From the NCBI GenBank assembly GCA_964016885.1, contig OZ024743.1, positions 2,418,001 to 2,482,000 on the forward strand: 64,000 bases of DNA. The letters run 5' to 3'. The notes under the pieces were generated by a model. The model ran no database searches. It was not told where the DNA came from and was given only the letters and a program-made list of their open reading frames with translations. How positions within the stretch are numbered: position 1 is the first letter of the stretch; every line of letters begins with the position of its first letter. The position numbers were made by a program, and so were the translations under genes. Positions 1 to 13,453 of the stretch are shown here, in pieces. This stretch comes from Eledone cirrhosa (Eukaryota).

Positions 1-83
1 CGCGCGTATGTATATATATATATATATATGTTTTTGAAATGCGCATAATAAAATACATGGAACTCTTTTAACCATCTTTTGAT

Positions 84-139
<56 letters not shown>

Positions 140-275
140 AAAAGAGTCAAGACACCGACGGCTGAGCTCCGGCCGATTCGACAGCTAGATCTGAACCAAT
201 ATATATATATATATATATATACATGCATATGCACGTGCATACACACACATATATAAATTAATACCATCAATATAT

Positions 276-959
276 ATAAAAGGGTATGGATATTTCAACA
301 GGCACTAGGTACCTATAGAAATATGCAAGGTCTTCATAATAGTTGTGGTTCGATGGTATTAATTTGAGATACCAGAACTATAAAAATGAGCGGAGCAAGC
401 AATTATCAAACAATTATAGAACAGGTGATTATTTAAATTGATTTTTTAAATTATTTAAAGAATTGTTTGATAATTGCTTGCTCCGGTCATTTTTATTGTT
501 CTGGTATCTCAAATTAGTACCATTGAACCACAACTATTATAAACACCTTGCATATTTCTATAGGTACCTAGTGCCTGTTGAAATATCCATACCCTTTTAT
601 GATTTTTCTCCTTATGTAGAGAACAAAAACGTTGTATCGTGCTGCTGGTTTTAGTGGCATGATCAACAAGTTTATAATAAAACAGCTCTTACTTGCGGCC
701 TGATTTTGCGTATGTGTCATTTTAACGGCCTGACCGCATGTGTTAGGCAGGAAGCGAAATATTGACTTACTGTGAGATTAGCAACCTTATAGTATGGAAA
801 TAAGCTGTCTGAAGATCTAATTCTTTCCATTGGAAATTCTCTGGATTTCCAATCTTTGGATTGGTGAAACCGTCGGTAACAGCAATAGAACAGGTGATTA
901 TTTAAATTGTTTTTTAATTTATTTAAAGCATTGTTTGATAATTGCTTGCTCCGCTCATT

Positions 960-960
<1 letters not shown>
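276..960 (+). mobile_element. ORF-less PLE-type/retrozyme-like unit (~470 nt period) with HHR and 5' inverted arm
   Basis: Inverted arm 276-415 vs 461-600; direct repeat ATAGAACAGGTGATT...GCTCCG at ~416-492 and ~885-960; HHR at 804-883; flanked by (TA)n. Confidence 0.7.
804..883 (+). ncRNA. Type-I hammerhead ribozyme
   Basis: GCTGT-CTGAAGA-long stem II (inner ATTGGAAATTC/GGATTTCCAAT)-GAAA-CCGTCGG-TA-ACAGC; stem I GCTGT/ACAGC; GUA triplet. Confidence 0.85.
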
Positions 961-1047
<87 letters not shown>

Positions 1048-1139
1048 AAGTAACTCCGTCGGAAAGGTCCAGGAAAAAAGAGTGCTCTATGTAGGTTACA
1101 GAGCTTATTAGTTATGTAATAAACAACATAAGATAATTA

Positions 1140-1200
1140 TTTCATTTACCAGTGGTTTCTTGAAAGCAAACAAAATTTGCTTTCAGTCATCAGAATGAAA
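1140..1200 (-). ncRNA. Type-I hammerhead ribozyme
   Basis: TTTCATT-CTGATGA-CTGAAAGCAAATTTTGTTTGCTTTCAA-GAAA-CCACTGG-TA-AATGAAA. Confidence 0.9.
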
Positions 1201-1386
1201 AAATCCTGGTGTATTTATTGACAGTGGATTTTAAAAACAAAAATATAATCTATATGAAAGTGAGGCTGGAAAAGGAAGAATGAAAGGAAAAAGAATAAAT
1301 ATAAAGTAGATAAACGCACATGCACACACACACACGCACACACACATATACATACACACATACATATATACATATATACACATATA

Positions 1387-1475
<89 letters not shown>

Positions 1476-1567
1476 CTGGAGTTGCGACCGATAGATAGTA
1501 TTAGCAATTGGAAAGACCAATGGAAACACTGTTTCCTCGGTCCGATTTGACGAAAGTCGATCGTTAG

Positions 1568-1658
<91 letters not shown>

Positions 1659-1859
1659 TATGTATACGTACATACATATATGTATACAGACGTACAGTAG
1701 TATGTATATATATATACATACATGCACACATATATATATGTACGTATGGATTCACCGAACATTTATTATAAGGCTCGGTGTGTTTGTAAACAAACATCCC
1801 GTATTAAGCCGTAGTGTCCAGCAACCACCGTTGCTCGTTTGTTCAACACTGACAAAGGA

Positions 1860-1902
1860 ACGCTGTACTAGTTTTAAGCTTATTAGCTATCATCAGCAAC
1901 GT
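1860..1902 (-). ncRNA. Hammerhead ribozyme with mutated core (GAAA to AAAA)
   Basis: ACGTTG-CTGATGA-TAGCTAATAAGCTT-AAAA-CTAG-TA-CAGCGT. Confidence 0.7.
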
Positions 1903-2059
1903 ATACCTTCCTGCCAGATGATTGAACGTCCGAAAGTATATACTTTCCTTATGCATATTAACGGCTGAGTAGCTCAATTTGCATATCGAGTGGGTTAATC
2001 GCCGGGTGCACCGAAAACGATAAACGGAAAAAATGAAACGAAATTTATACGAAATGTAT

Positions 2060-2102
2060 ACGTTGCTGACGATAGCTAATAAGCTTGAAACTAGTACAGC
2101 GT
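2060..2102 (+). ncRNA. Minimal type-I hammerhead ribozyme
   Basis: ACGTTG-CTGACGA-TAGCTAATAAGCTT-GAAA-CTAG-TA-CAGCGT; palindromic stem III CTAG. Confidence 0.85.
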
Positions 2103-2329
2103 TCCTTTGTCAGTGTTGAACAAACGATCAACGGTGGTTGCTGGACACTACGGCTTAATATGGAATGTTTGTTTACAAACACACCAAGCTTTATAATAAA
2201 TGTTCGGTGAATCCATACGTACATATATATATGCAAATTGGGCTACTCAGCCGTTAATATGCATAAGGAAAGTATATACTTTCGGACGTTTCATTTTTTT
2301 CCGTTTATCGACGTCAAACGTAACTTCGT

Positions 2330-2887
2330 TGAATGTTCATAATACCAATCTATATCAGAAAACTATTATTCCTATCGCAAATAACTTCTCCAATCCAATT
2401 CCTTCTATAAATAACACTAGGTCACTTGTTAATAACTCTGTTAATTTCTCTAATCGTAATTGTAATTGCCCTGTTAGAACTAAATGTCCTCTTAATAACC
2501 AGTCTTGATAAAAACTTAGTCTATGAATGTAAGGTTATAACTGATACCAATTCCTTTACCTATTTCGATTCCACCTCCACTTCCTCCAAAGCTAGATTTT
2601 ATAATCACAATTCGTCTTTTAGATACCAACTTAAAAGAACTAACACGGCACTCTCGGAACTCATATGGTCCTTGAAAGACAAAAATATTAACTATATCAT
2701 CTCTTGGAGAAAGGTTTGTTCTGCCTTTCCTTACCTGAATTCTTCCCTATCCAGAACATGTAATCTCTGCCTAGCCGAGAAATTTACCATTATATCTAAT
2801 TTCAATTCTATAATAAATAGACGCACGGATTTATTTTCTCTCTGCTTGCATAAATTCCACAGAACATTCCATAAGGTATACAGTTAA
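2330..2887 (+). pseudogene. Penelope-like element GIY-YIG endonuclease fragment (frameshifted)
   Basis: NCNCPVRTKCPLNNQ|LDKNLVYEC...YFDST..SKARFYNH...CNLCLAEK...INRR...CLH across ORFs 2200-2508 and 2426-2887. Confidence 0.9.
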
Positions 2888-3825
2888 TATCTCAATACCT
2901 TACTAGTTTAAAATCCTTTTTCTCAAAGGCTTATATATCTTTTACAAATATACCCATCTTTCTACCTTATTTCAATATTATATATTATATAATACAATTT
3001 ACTCATTCTATATCATTCCTCTTTATCATTTTCCTTTCTTCCTTTTTTCTTTTTAATTTCTAACCTCTAATCTGTACTTTTTCTTCCCAACTACTTCTCA
3101 ATTCTTATTATTACTCACCACAACATTATCCATTCTTCCATCTTTCCTCATATCATTGGCCATAAAAATTATTTTTTTAATACATTATAGTATTACCATT
3201 AGAAGTCCTTCGTAAACATATAATTTTTTGACGTTAGGTTTTTTTTCTTCCTAAAAATGTTCGTCTCCCCCATCCTTTCATGCTCGTTTTAAACTACTAC
3301 TTAATTTGACTTTTACATATTACAATACATAAAAACAAACTTAAACCCTAACTAATTTCTTTTAATATATTATATTATTACCATTAGAAAATATTTCGTA
3401 AACATATATACTTTTTGATGTTAGATATTTTCTTCCTTAAACATTCTTTTCTTCTTTCCTTCCGCGCTCATTTTAAACAAACTATTTACGTACACATATT
3501 ACATTACATAAAAACAAACTTAAATCCTAACTAATTCCTCTAAATTCATAACTCATTCATTCTTCTCCTTCTTTTCACATTATATCCTTAATAACATTAA
3601 TATTTTTATTTTAATAATACATATTAATAAATTCTTTTCCTCGCACATATTATTAAACCCTTCAATATACAAACCTTAATTTAATACTATTCTTAATTCT
3701 TTTTTCTTCATGCATAAACCTGATTAACTTTTAATTTCAAAATCTTTTAAATTATCTATTATCTTCCAACGGCTTTTTAATTTCTCTCTGTGAGACAATA
3801 TATATTTTTTTCTCAGTTGTAAAAG

Positions 3826-3939
<114 letters not shown>

Positions 3940-4144
3940 CCCATCTCTCCTCCTCTCTCATCCTTCCTTCTTATACTCCTCCCCCACCATCCTTTACTCT
4001 CATCTCTTCCTCTTCCTTACCTTTTTCAACCCCCCCCCCCTCACTTTTTCCCAATCTCATACATCAATCTTCATTTATTTTTCATATGTTGATTTAAAAC
4101 TTCACTATTCACAAGTGTTTTTTAAGCTTCATATCATGTCTCCC

Positions 4145-4215
4145 TATTTTATCTGATGAGAACGCAGATATCATCCCATGATGATATTTGTTTTTGAAAT
4201 GCGCATAATAAAATA
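4145..4215 (+). ncRNA. Type-I hammerhead ribozyme
   Basis: TATTTTAT-CTGATGA-GAACGCAGATATCATC(CCAT)GATGATATTTGTTTTT-GAAA-TGCGCA-TA-ATAAAATA. Confidence 0.9.
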
Positions 4216-4337
4216 CTTGGAACTCTTTTACCCATCTTTTGATCTTATATTATTTATACTCCAGTCCTACAAACTGTAGAGTGCTACTTATCCAATATTT
4301 GCATTTCTTTATTGTGCTACAATAAAACTCACCTCCT

Positions 4338-4405
<68 letters not shown>

Positions 4406-4616
4406 ATGTATATATATATATATATGTGTGTGTATATATGTATATATGTATGTGTGTATGCATATGTGTGTGTACGCGTGTGTGTGTGTGTGTGTGTGTG
4501 TGTTTATCTACTTTTATATTTATTATTTTTCCTTTCCTTCTTCCTTTTCCAGCCTCACTTTCATATAGATTATATTTTTTTTTTTAAATCCACTGTCAAT
4601 AAATACACCAGGATTT

Positions 4617-4677
4617 TTTCATTCTGAAGACTGAAAGCAAATTTTGTTTGCTTTCAAGAAACCACTGGTAAATGAAA
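4617..4677 (+). ncRNA. Type-I hammerhead ribozyme (inverted partner of 1140-1200)
   Basis: TTTCATT-CTGAAGA-stem II-GAAA-CCACTGG-TA-AATGAAA. Confidence 0.85.
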
Positions 4678-4706
4678 TAATTATCTGATGTTGTTTATTA
4701 CATAAC

Positions 4707-4752
<46 letters not shown>

Positions 4753-5058
4753 CACACGCATACACACACAAATACATATATATACATGCATACATACACA
4801 CACAGGCATATACGAACACACACGCATACATACGTACACACGCACGCAGACACACACACGCAGACACACACACACACGCGCACACACACACACATATTTC
4901 AAGCATGAATGAGTGATAATGTACTTTTACAAAATATGTCTGCTACTGAGGCATTCAAAGAAAAACACAAAAACATAAAATATTGAAGACAAACAAAAAT
5001 AAACAAGAAACGAGAAGAACAAAGAAAACTAAATCAGTCAATAAATAAATAAAATAAC

Positions 5059-6118
5059 ATGGTGGTAGAAGTGGTGGTGGAGGTGGTGGTTTAGTTGTTG
5101 TTGCTGGCGGTGGTGTTGGTGGTGGTGGTGCTGTTGGTGGTATAGTGTTGTTGTTGGTCGTGTTGGTGGTGGTGGTGGTGGTGGTGGTGGTGGTGGTGGT
5201 GGTGGTGGTGGTGGTGGTATTATTGGTGGAGGTGGTGGTGGTAGTGGTGGTGTTGGTATTGTTAGTGGAGGTGGTGGTGGTAGTAGTGGTTTTGGGGTTG
5301 GTGGCGGTGGTGGTGTTATTGATGTTGATGGTGGTGGTGTTGGTGATAGTGATGTTCTTGTTAGTGTGGTAGTGTTGTAGTTGTTAGTGGTAGTGATAGT
5401 GTTGTTGTAGTTGGTAGTGTTGTTATAGATGGTGGTGGTGTTGTAGTTGGTGGTGGTGGTGGTGGTGAAGGTGGTGAGGGTGGTGAAGGTGAAGGTGGTG
5501 GTGGTTTGTGGTGGTGGTGATGGTGGTGAAGGTGGTAGTGATGGGTGGTAGTGATGGGTGTTGTTGTTGGAGGTGGTGGTGGTGGTGAAGGTGGTAGTGA
5601 TGGGTGTTGTTGTTGGAGGTGGTGGTGGTGGTGGTGAAGGTGGTAGTGATGGGTGTTGTTGTTGGAGGTGGTGGTGGTGGTGGTGAAGGTGGTAGTGATG
5701 GGTGTTGTTGTTGGAGGTGGTGGTGGTGGTGAAGGTGATAGTGATGGGTGTTGTTGTTGGAGGTGGTGGTGGTGGTGAAGGTGGTAGTGATGGGTGTTGT
5801 TGTTGGAGGTGGTGGTGGTGGTGAAGGTGGTAGTGATGGGTGTTGTTGTTGGAGGTGGTGGTGGTGTGGTGAAGGTGGTAGTGATGGGTGTTGTTGTTGG
5901 AGGTGGTGGTGGTGGTGGTGAAGGTGGTAGTGATGGGTGTTGTTGTTGGAGGTGGTGGTGGTGGTGAAGGTGGTAGTGATGGGTGTTGTTGTTGGAGGTG
6001 GTGGTGGTGGTGGTGAAGGTGGTAGTGATGGGTGTTGTTGTTGGAGGTGGTGGTGGTGGTGAAGGTGGTAGTGATGGGTGTTGTTGTTGGAGGTGGTGGT
6101 GGTGGTGGTGGTGAAGGT
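5059..6118. repeat. GGT/GTT-rich minisatellite (~42-48 bp unit)
   Basis: Repeated (GGT)n-GAAGGTGGTAGTGATGGGTGTTGTTGTTGGA units. Confidence 0.95.
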
Positions 6119-6226
6119 GCTGTTGTACAGGGAATAATTATGACAGCAGCCACTGAACTGCCAGTAAAGGTTCGATATATAAGAGTGGAGTAGTGATCGG
6201 TCATTGGTTGGAAAGTATGTCAGTTG

Positions 6227-6316
<90 letters not shown>

Positions 6317-6581
6317 ACAGATGCATACATACATACACACACACATACACATATATATATATACATATATACTGTATATATATATATATAATTTTCTATA
6401 CTTTCATTTATATACAGTATATTCGATATATCTCATATGAAGTAATACAGCCAATTTTCCACACAATACTTTTAGTTAGCACCCCGAACGCTTAATTAGG
6501 AATATACTCACTTATTTCCTAATGTTTGTTGAGTGAGTTGGAATTTGGCCGGAGTATCGCTAAAAGCTTTCTCCGATAATG

Positions 6582-6629
<48 letters not shown>

Positions 6630-7219
6630 TGAGATTCTACAGGACTAGAACTGTTTCATTCTTTGTGTATACATATACACACAAGTCTATTGAGCACTCT
6701 TATTCAATATGTGTATTTCCACATTTTCCCGAATAGTTTTCGCGGATGTAGAGGTTATCTCCCTTGCCGAATTCCATGTGCGTATTTAGCTTGGGTTATG
6801 CCATTTCATTCGTTTGGACAAAGCTCGTTGTAGAAGTAAATTTCCTGTCCGCTGATATCTAGAAGTCTTATATATTTTTATGTGAGCTGATAGAGAGCAG
6901 TTTAAGGATTTACAGAAACCCAAGAAGCTAGATTTAACATCTTCCTAGCGGGTCCGGGTATGCTTTTTACATTCATTTAATTTATTGATTTATTGAGATT
7001 TTTTATCTGAGTGTCCCGAATCTTCCGGATCGCAAATTTTCGATCGTGCGGTTGATTATAGACTTGTTCTGTGTGTGACGGTATTTTAACGATAGTTATA
7101 GCTCTGATTTATCTAAATTATGGAGCACTCTGCCGCTCATATCGAATTTTGTTTATCGTGAACTCGTGCGCCGATTTTTCGATACTCGATTATTCTACTA
7201 TATATATATATATATACAT

Positions 7220-7291
<72 letters not shown>

Positions 7292-7332
7292 CATACACAC
7301 ACATATATACATATACACACACATACACACAA

Positions 7333-7373
<41 letters not shown>

Positions 7374-7477
7374 AACAAATATATACATATACATACACAC
7401 ACACACACACATACATACACATATATATATATATATACACACACACGCACACATACACATATATAAGGAAAAAGCAC

Positions 7478-7553
<76 letters not shown>

Positions 7554-7599
7554 TACACCATTCATACATATATTCATACATATATACACACATACACAC

Positions 7600-7712
<113 letters not shown>

Positions 7713-7716
7713 TATA

Positions 7717-7813
<97 letters not shown>

Positions 7814-7940
7814 CACACACACATATACATACACATATACACACACACATACACATGCATACATATATACACAAATACATACACACATATACACACACAT
7901 ATATATATATACATACATATATATATATATATATACATAA

Positions 7941-7971
<31 letters not shown>

Positions 7972-8136
7972 TACACACATATACATACATATACACACAC
8001 ATATATACACACACACACATATATACTCATATATATACACACGCACACACACACATACACATGCATATGTATAAATATATATATATATATATATATAATA
8101 TTAAACAAATGGAAACTATATTTATAAAACCATATT

Positions 8137-8202
8137 TATTTCGTTATATATATTTCTGGGATATCATATTAAAAATATGGTATGCCTTCCTCAGACAAAA
8201 TA
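8137..8202 (-). ncRNA. Type-I hammerhead ribozyme
   Basis: Reverse complement of the HHR at 10474-10539. Confidence 0.85.
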
Positions 8203-10473
8203 CAATACATAAGCTGTTTTAAAATAATTGGTGACATACCTTGTAATAATGCAACTTCCATTTAAAAAGTTGATTTGGTAGTGAAACTGTTATGACAGTT
8301 ATATAGAAAGAAAAACGAAGATGAGAAGAAGAAGATGAAGAGATGTATGTAAATAAAAAAAAGAGAAGATGAAGAGATGTATGTAAAGAAAAACAACGGA
8401 GCGAGATAGAGAGACAAGGAGCAGAGAGAAATACATTGAGGAGGTGAAAAATATAGTAGGCTGCTTTTGGACAGATGATCATCGTATATGTGAGAGGTTA
8501 AGGGAAGGAATACAGTTAAACTAGTGTATAGGAGAAAAAGAAAGAAAGATGATATATTTAAAATATATTAAAAATATATTATGTCTCATCTATTTGAATT
8601 ATCAATTTTTATGAATTAGGTATTATAATGTAAATATCAGTATTCATGAATGAGACACATATCCATAATGTGTGAAAAAAATGACCACATGCTCAGTTTA
8701 AAAATTCTTAGGTCTATAAGCAAAATCTGAGATAAAACATCAAACATAAGTATATATGCATTCTCGTGAAAAAAAGAGAAAAGAGAAGGTTATCTCAAAT
8801 TCAAGTTGATAAATATAGACGCACATGTGAACCTACGTGATACGCTGCACCGATTCTTATATTTCATGAAAAACTTCAATGCGTCAGAAAAGATTCACCC
8901 TACATACATTTACATACATATATACATATATATATAGACACAAAATATATAAGATATACATTAAACATCTAAAATAACATTCCAGCCTCACTTGCATGAT
9001 CATCGATCAAGCATAGAGTAGACAACAGATATCAATATTAAAACTAAAAACGCCAAGAATATCTTCGTCACTCCACAGAGTATCTAGGGACGCAAGAAAA
9101 CATAGTATGCCACGCATATCGGTCATAGAATCAGAGTCAAAAGCAAACAAACCAAAATTGTTCACCAAGCCTTATTTAGCAGAAATTCCCTTAATTTACG
9201 AACCAATTTATTCAGCTGTTGCAGACATAGATTGAACTCAACATTTAAATATAAATATAAATTTAAAATGTAGTATAAAATGTAGTATATTTACTTAAGG
9301 TATTTGACTATTTATGATACTTGGCGATAAATCTTTCGATTCCTTCAATTTTTTTTTAAAAACCTTTCTGCATGAATATATAATTAATGAGATTAAATAA
9401 ACTACCCTAAAATTGGCGTTGTCCCAATTTTTTAAGCTGGATAAACTTCTATAATAAATATAAGAGCATTTGTAGAATAAGTTTTGAATGATTTCTGCTA
9501 AATAAGGCTTGGTGAACAATTTTGGTTTTGTTTGCTTTTGACTCTGATTCTATGACCGATATGCGTGGCATACTATGTTTTCTTGCGTCCCTAGATACTC
9601 TGTGGAGTGACGAAGATATTCTTGGCGTTTTTAGTTTTAACATTGATATCTGTTGTCTACTCTATGCTTGATCGATGATCATGCAAGTGAGGCTGGAATG
9701 TTATTTTAGATGTTTAATGTATATCTTATATATTTTGTGTCTATATATATGTATATATGTATGTAAATGTATGTAGGGTGGAATCTTTTCTGACGCATTG
9801 AAGTTTTTCATGAAATATAAGAATCGGTGCAGCGTATCACGTAGGTTCACATGTGTGTCTATATTTATCAACTTGAATTTGAGATAACCTTCTCTTTTCT
9901 CTTTTTTTCACGAGAATGCATATATACTTATGTTTGAAGTTTTATCTCAGATTTTGCTTATAGACCTAAGAATTTTTAAACTGAGCATGTGGTCATTTTT
10001 TCACACATTATGGATATGTGTCTCATTCATGAATACTGATATTTACATTATAATACCTAATTCATAAAAATTGATAATTCAAATGGATGAGACATAATAT
10101 ATTTTTAATATATTTTAAATATATCATCTTTCTTTCTTTTTCTCCTATACACTAGTTTAACTGTATTCCTTCCCTTAACCTCTCACATATACGATGATCA
10201 TCTGTCCAAAAGCAGCCTACTATATTTTTCACCTCCTCAATGTATTTCTCTCTCTCCTTGTCTCTCTATCTCGCTCCGTTGTTTTTCTTTACATACATCT
10301 CTTCATCTTCTTCTTTTTTTTATTTACATACATCTCTTCATCTTCTTCTTCTCATCTTCGTTTTCTTTCTATATAACTGTCATAACAGCTTCACTACCAA
10401 ATCAACTTTTTAAATGGAAGTTGCATTATTACAAGGTATGTCACTAATTATTTATAAAACAGCTTATGTATTG

Positions 10474-10539
10474 TATTTTGTCTGAGGAAGGCATACCATA
10501 TTTTTAATATGATATCCCAGAAATATATATAACGAAATA
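10474..10539 (+). ncRNA. Type-I hammerhead ribozyme
   Basis: TATTTTGT-CTGAGGA-stem II-GAAA-TATATA-TA-ACGAAATA. Confidence 0.85.
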
Positions 10540-10667
10540 AATATGGTTTTATAAATATAGTTTCCATTTGTTTAATATCGTAAACCTACTCCAGATACTG
10601 TTGAGTGCTTTTATATCAGTTATAAAATATTTACTCGTTGTAACCCAACAATCTTAAATAAAACTTT

Positions 10668-10714
<47 letters not shown>

Positions 10715-10799
10715 ATATATATACAAATATACACATACATACACATACCTATACATAAATATACACATATATACAGACATATAACGCATATATACACAC

Positions 10800-10841
<42 letters not shown>

Positions 10842-10917
10842 GCATACACACACACACACACAAATATATATACACACTCTCTCACGCACATATATATATA
10901 TATATATACATATATAC

Positions 10918-10974
<57 letters not shown>

Positions 10975-11003
10975 CACATATATATACACACCTGCCCACA
11001 CAC

Positions 11004-11038
<35 letters not shown>

Positions 11039-11075
11039 TACACACATACACACACACACACATATATATATATAT

Positions 11076-11128
<53 letters not shown>

Positions 11129-11541
11129 CACACATATATATATATATATATACATATACATACACATACACATACATACATACATACATACATACATACA
11201 CATATATATATACATATATATATACACATATATATACATATATACATATATATACATACATAAATATACACACATAAAACACATATACACACAAACATAT
11301 ATATATATATATATACACATACACATACATATACACACATACAAACAAATATATACACATACAAATAAATAAGTACTCAATAAATATACGCATATACGCA
11401 GGCACATAAAAACACCTCTACAGGCAGAAAATGTAGATACGAAAGAGGTACTCACATAACCATAGTGGCCGTATTTCAGGTTGAGGAGGGGTGGGGGTAG
11501 GGTGGGGAGGAGGTATAGGGGCCAATAGGGGGAGGTCGTTT

Positions 11542-12234
11542 TTAGCCATCGGGCTTTAACACTGGCTTAAAGTGTTTGAAAGTTGCAAAGTTCTTCTGCA
11601 TGCAGTTCGGGCAGTGTTCAGAGAGTTTGTTCAGTAGCGGGCCCTTGGCGAATAAAATTTCGTAGCTCTCTGAAATACAAAGGTCGCAGCCCTTGTGTCC
11701 TCCGTTGTAAGAGCGCGCTTACTGGAGTATTTTCCATTTAAGCGTGAAGGGGGTGGAGTTCCTTTTGAGGTCCCAAACGTAGGAGGCGAGTGTTGTCTGA
11801 TTTGATTTATCCGGTCTTCTGAAGGAGTGGGTATGGGCATACCAACGGGTCTTAAACTTGTTGGAGGTCATGCCGATGTAAGTTTTTTTGCAATCCTCGG
11901 TGCCTGAGATGACATCGCATTTGTATACGATATCATTTGTGAGGCATTTGTTTTCAAGTGGGCATGCTTCCTTATTTAGGCAATTACATAGAACCCCAGT
12001 CCGGGGATTGATTTCGGAGGTGGTTGGCTTATTTAATTTTTTAGAATTGTGGTTGGCTATATTCCTAGCTAGGTTAGGTGTGGTGGAGTAAGACAGTCTT
12101 ATTGTGTTCTTGTTAAAGATGGTGTGGTACCTATGTTGTATGGGGAAGTGTAATTTCAGTAAAGTGAAGAAAATCCTAGCTATCGGAGTAGATACCTCTC
12201 TATTGAAGGGAGGGTTGTACCAGCTAATCTGCCT
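11542..12234 (-). pseudogene. Penelope-like element C-terminal fragment (RT thumb/linker plus GIY-YIG), one internal stop; missed by the ORF track
   Basis: Manual translation: SWYNPPFN...LSYSTTPNL...[22 protein letters not shown]...TYIGMT..FKTRW..H...KWKILQ*ARSY...CDLCISE...LLNK; TAA at 11719-11721. Confidence 0.92.
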
Positions 12235-12235
12235 A

Positions 12236-12292
<57 letters not shown>

Positions 12293-12415
12293 CTGTATAT
12301 ATATGTATATCTGTATATATATGTATATATATCTATGTGTATTTGTGTGTATATGTATACACATGTATATTTGTGTTTGTATGTATGTGTGTGAGTGTAT
12401 TTATATGTGTATATA

Positions 12416-12446
<31 letters not shown>

Positions 12447-12475
12447 GTATGTGTGTGTGTATGTATATATATATA

Positions 12476-12532
<57 letters not shown>

Positions 12533-13120
12533 ATGTATGTGTGTATGTATATGTATGTATATAAATATATTTATATATATGTGTGTGTGTTTTTATGTGT
12601 GTATATGTGTATGTGTATGTGTGTTTATGGTTGCGCGTGAGTGTGTAAGTGAGTATGTTTTTTTGTGAATGTGTCTGTTGATTTTTGGCATATAGTTGAT
12701 TAGTTTAAGAGAAGTTCGAAGATAATTGTAAGATATGCACTCAGTATTTTGAATCTGTCTACAGAATTCTCTAAACCTTTGTCACTTGGTAGAACCTTAA
12801 TGATTTTAGCTTTTAAAGAATCTCCCTTTTCTTTAATTCTATCGACCATGACTGACCCCCCACTGATCTTATAGACATCTGTTAGCTTAAGAGAAACTTA
12901 ATGACAAGGAATGGTATGCCATCCGGAACCTGTTTATAGAATTCTGTCTGCCCTTGTTACTCTAAAAACATAAATAAATAAAAATAAACTATAGCTTTGT
13001 AGAATTAGCTTTTAATGAATTCCCTTTTCTATCAACCAATGACCTACACCCATCCCACACCTCACCCTCTCCTACCACTTGTAGAAACCTATAAATACCA
13101 TTTTTATTTTTTTGATAGCC

Positions 13121-13171
13121 AGATTCCTGATGATTTCTAAAGAATGAAACAGTTCTAGTCCTGTAGAATCT
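13121..13171 (+). ncRNA. Type-I hammerhead ribozyme
   Basis: AGATTC-CTGATGA-TTTCTAAAGAAT-GAAA-CAGTTCTAGTCCTG-TA-GAATCT; truncated inverted copy at ~6628-6664. Confidence 0.85.
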
Positions 13172-13253
13172 CATCTATATTAAAACTTTTATACTCTGCT
13201 ATGTATTGAGTACCTTACTTACTGTGGTTACCTCCGATTCAACCCGGAATAAC

Positions 13254-13296
<43 letters not shown>

Positions 13297-13386
13297 TATA
13301 TTTACACACATATACACACAACTTTCACATGTATATATAAATATATGATATTAAATAAATGGAAACTTTATTTATAAAACCATATT

Positions 13387-13451
13387 TATTTTATTATATA
13401 TATTTCAAGGGCAACCAAGACACCATTGGTGGGCTTTCATCAGATAAAATA
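13387..13451 (-). ncRNA. Type-I hammerhead ribozyme
   Basis: TATTTTAT-CTGATGA-AAGCCCACCAATGGTGTCTTGGTTGCCCTT-GAAA-TATATA-TA-ATAAAATA. Confidence 0.85.
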
Positions 13452-13453
13452 CA

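Larger units (their letters stand above)
1655..2310. mobile_element. Rearranged/inverted copies of a non-coding HHR-bearing element (same family as 13454-14290)
   Basis: Minus copy 1655-2045 followed by plus copy 2056-2230 and scrambled pieces; high similarity to 13454-14290. Confidence 0.75.
8098..10670 (+). mobile_element. 5'-truncated PLE: ~1.09-kb inverted pLTR arms (8098-9186 / 9491-10578)
   Basis: Near-identical inverted arms; spacer begins with a GIY-YIG C-terminal remnant (LNLRTNLFSCCRHR, ~9190-9240); HHR in each arm; (TA)n flanks. Confidence 0.85.

Noticed and set aside
5038-6352. Pro/Thr/His-rich protein ORFs
   Set aside because: Open frames arise from a GGT minisatellite; reading frames shift between units
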